From Psammoneis japonica (taxonomy: Eukaryota): a stretch of DNA of 64,000 nucleotides. Both the position numbers and the translations under genes were made by a program. The DNA lies in assembly GCA_008632985.1 (NCBI GenBank), contig QPGO01000004.1, positions 558,001-622,000 of the forward strand, in the 5' to 3' direction. The notes under the pieces are model-generated. The model did not search any database and was not told where the DNA came from. It was given only the letters and a program-made list of their open reading frames with translations. Shown here one piece after another: positions 63,886 through 64,000 of the stretch. Position 1 is the first letter of the stretch. Every line of letters begins with the position of its first letter.

Positions 63886-64000
63886 CTATTCGTCGCGACG
63901 AATGGCAGGGTGGGCCTTGCACCACGCCAAACGTTCTCGGGCAGCGGCGGCCACCTCCTCCCCGTCGATGTCGGCGTGAGTCCGATAGTAACTAGGGTAA
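63886..64000 (-). CDS. Possible 3' end of a gene extending beyond the window
   Basis: Open frame YPSYYRTHADIDGEEVAAAARERLAWCKAHPAIRRDE*. Confidence 0.3.
   Translation of the reverse strand, partial: YPSYYRTHADIDGEEVAAAARERLAWCKAHPAIRRDE

Overview
Eukaryotic, gene-dense DNA, very probably from a pennate diatom: short GT-AG introns, several signal peptide + 'AF/ASAFAP' bipartite plastid presequences, and diatom-type retroelements. About 23 host genes are recognisable: ATAD3 (partial), phosphomevalonate kinase, a DUF2235 hydrolase, two 4xFAS1 fasciclin paralogues, LRR-ankyrin, an LRR-Roc-COR-trypsin protease, PPR, BFR1-like, MTD1/FolD, D-2-hydroxyacid dehydrogenase, CysRS, proteasome alpha4, GGPP synthase, IF2-like, COX19, an OvoA-C-terminal-like methyltransferase, CRTISO-like, RCC1-like, NAC-alpha, HemK and BCKDH E1-beta. 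Three transposon-derived islands (~4.7-6.4 kb, ~10.3-20.3 kb, ~42.1-45.5 kb) have sharply different composition: TpA is almost erased, and CpG is also lost in the two more decayed islands, with both converted to TpG/CpA. Duplicated host DNA flanking the islands polarises the change as TA->TG/CA, and the surviving TpAs are mostly in YTAR context. This points to a repeat-targeted, RIP-like but A:T->G:C hypermutation process distinct from 5mC deamination. One island also carries a decayed TET/JBP-like dioxygenase. Several conserved genes have single-base frameshifts, so the assembly is probably imperfectly polished. All counts quoted are manual and approximate.
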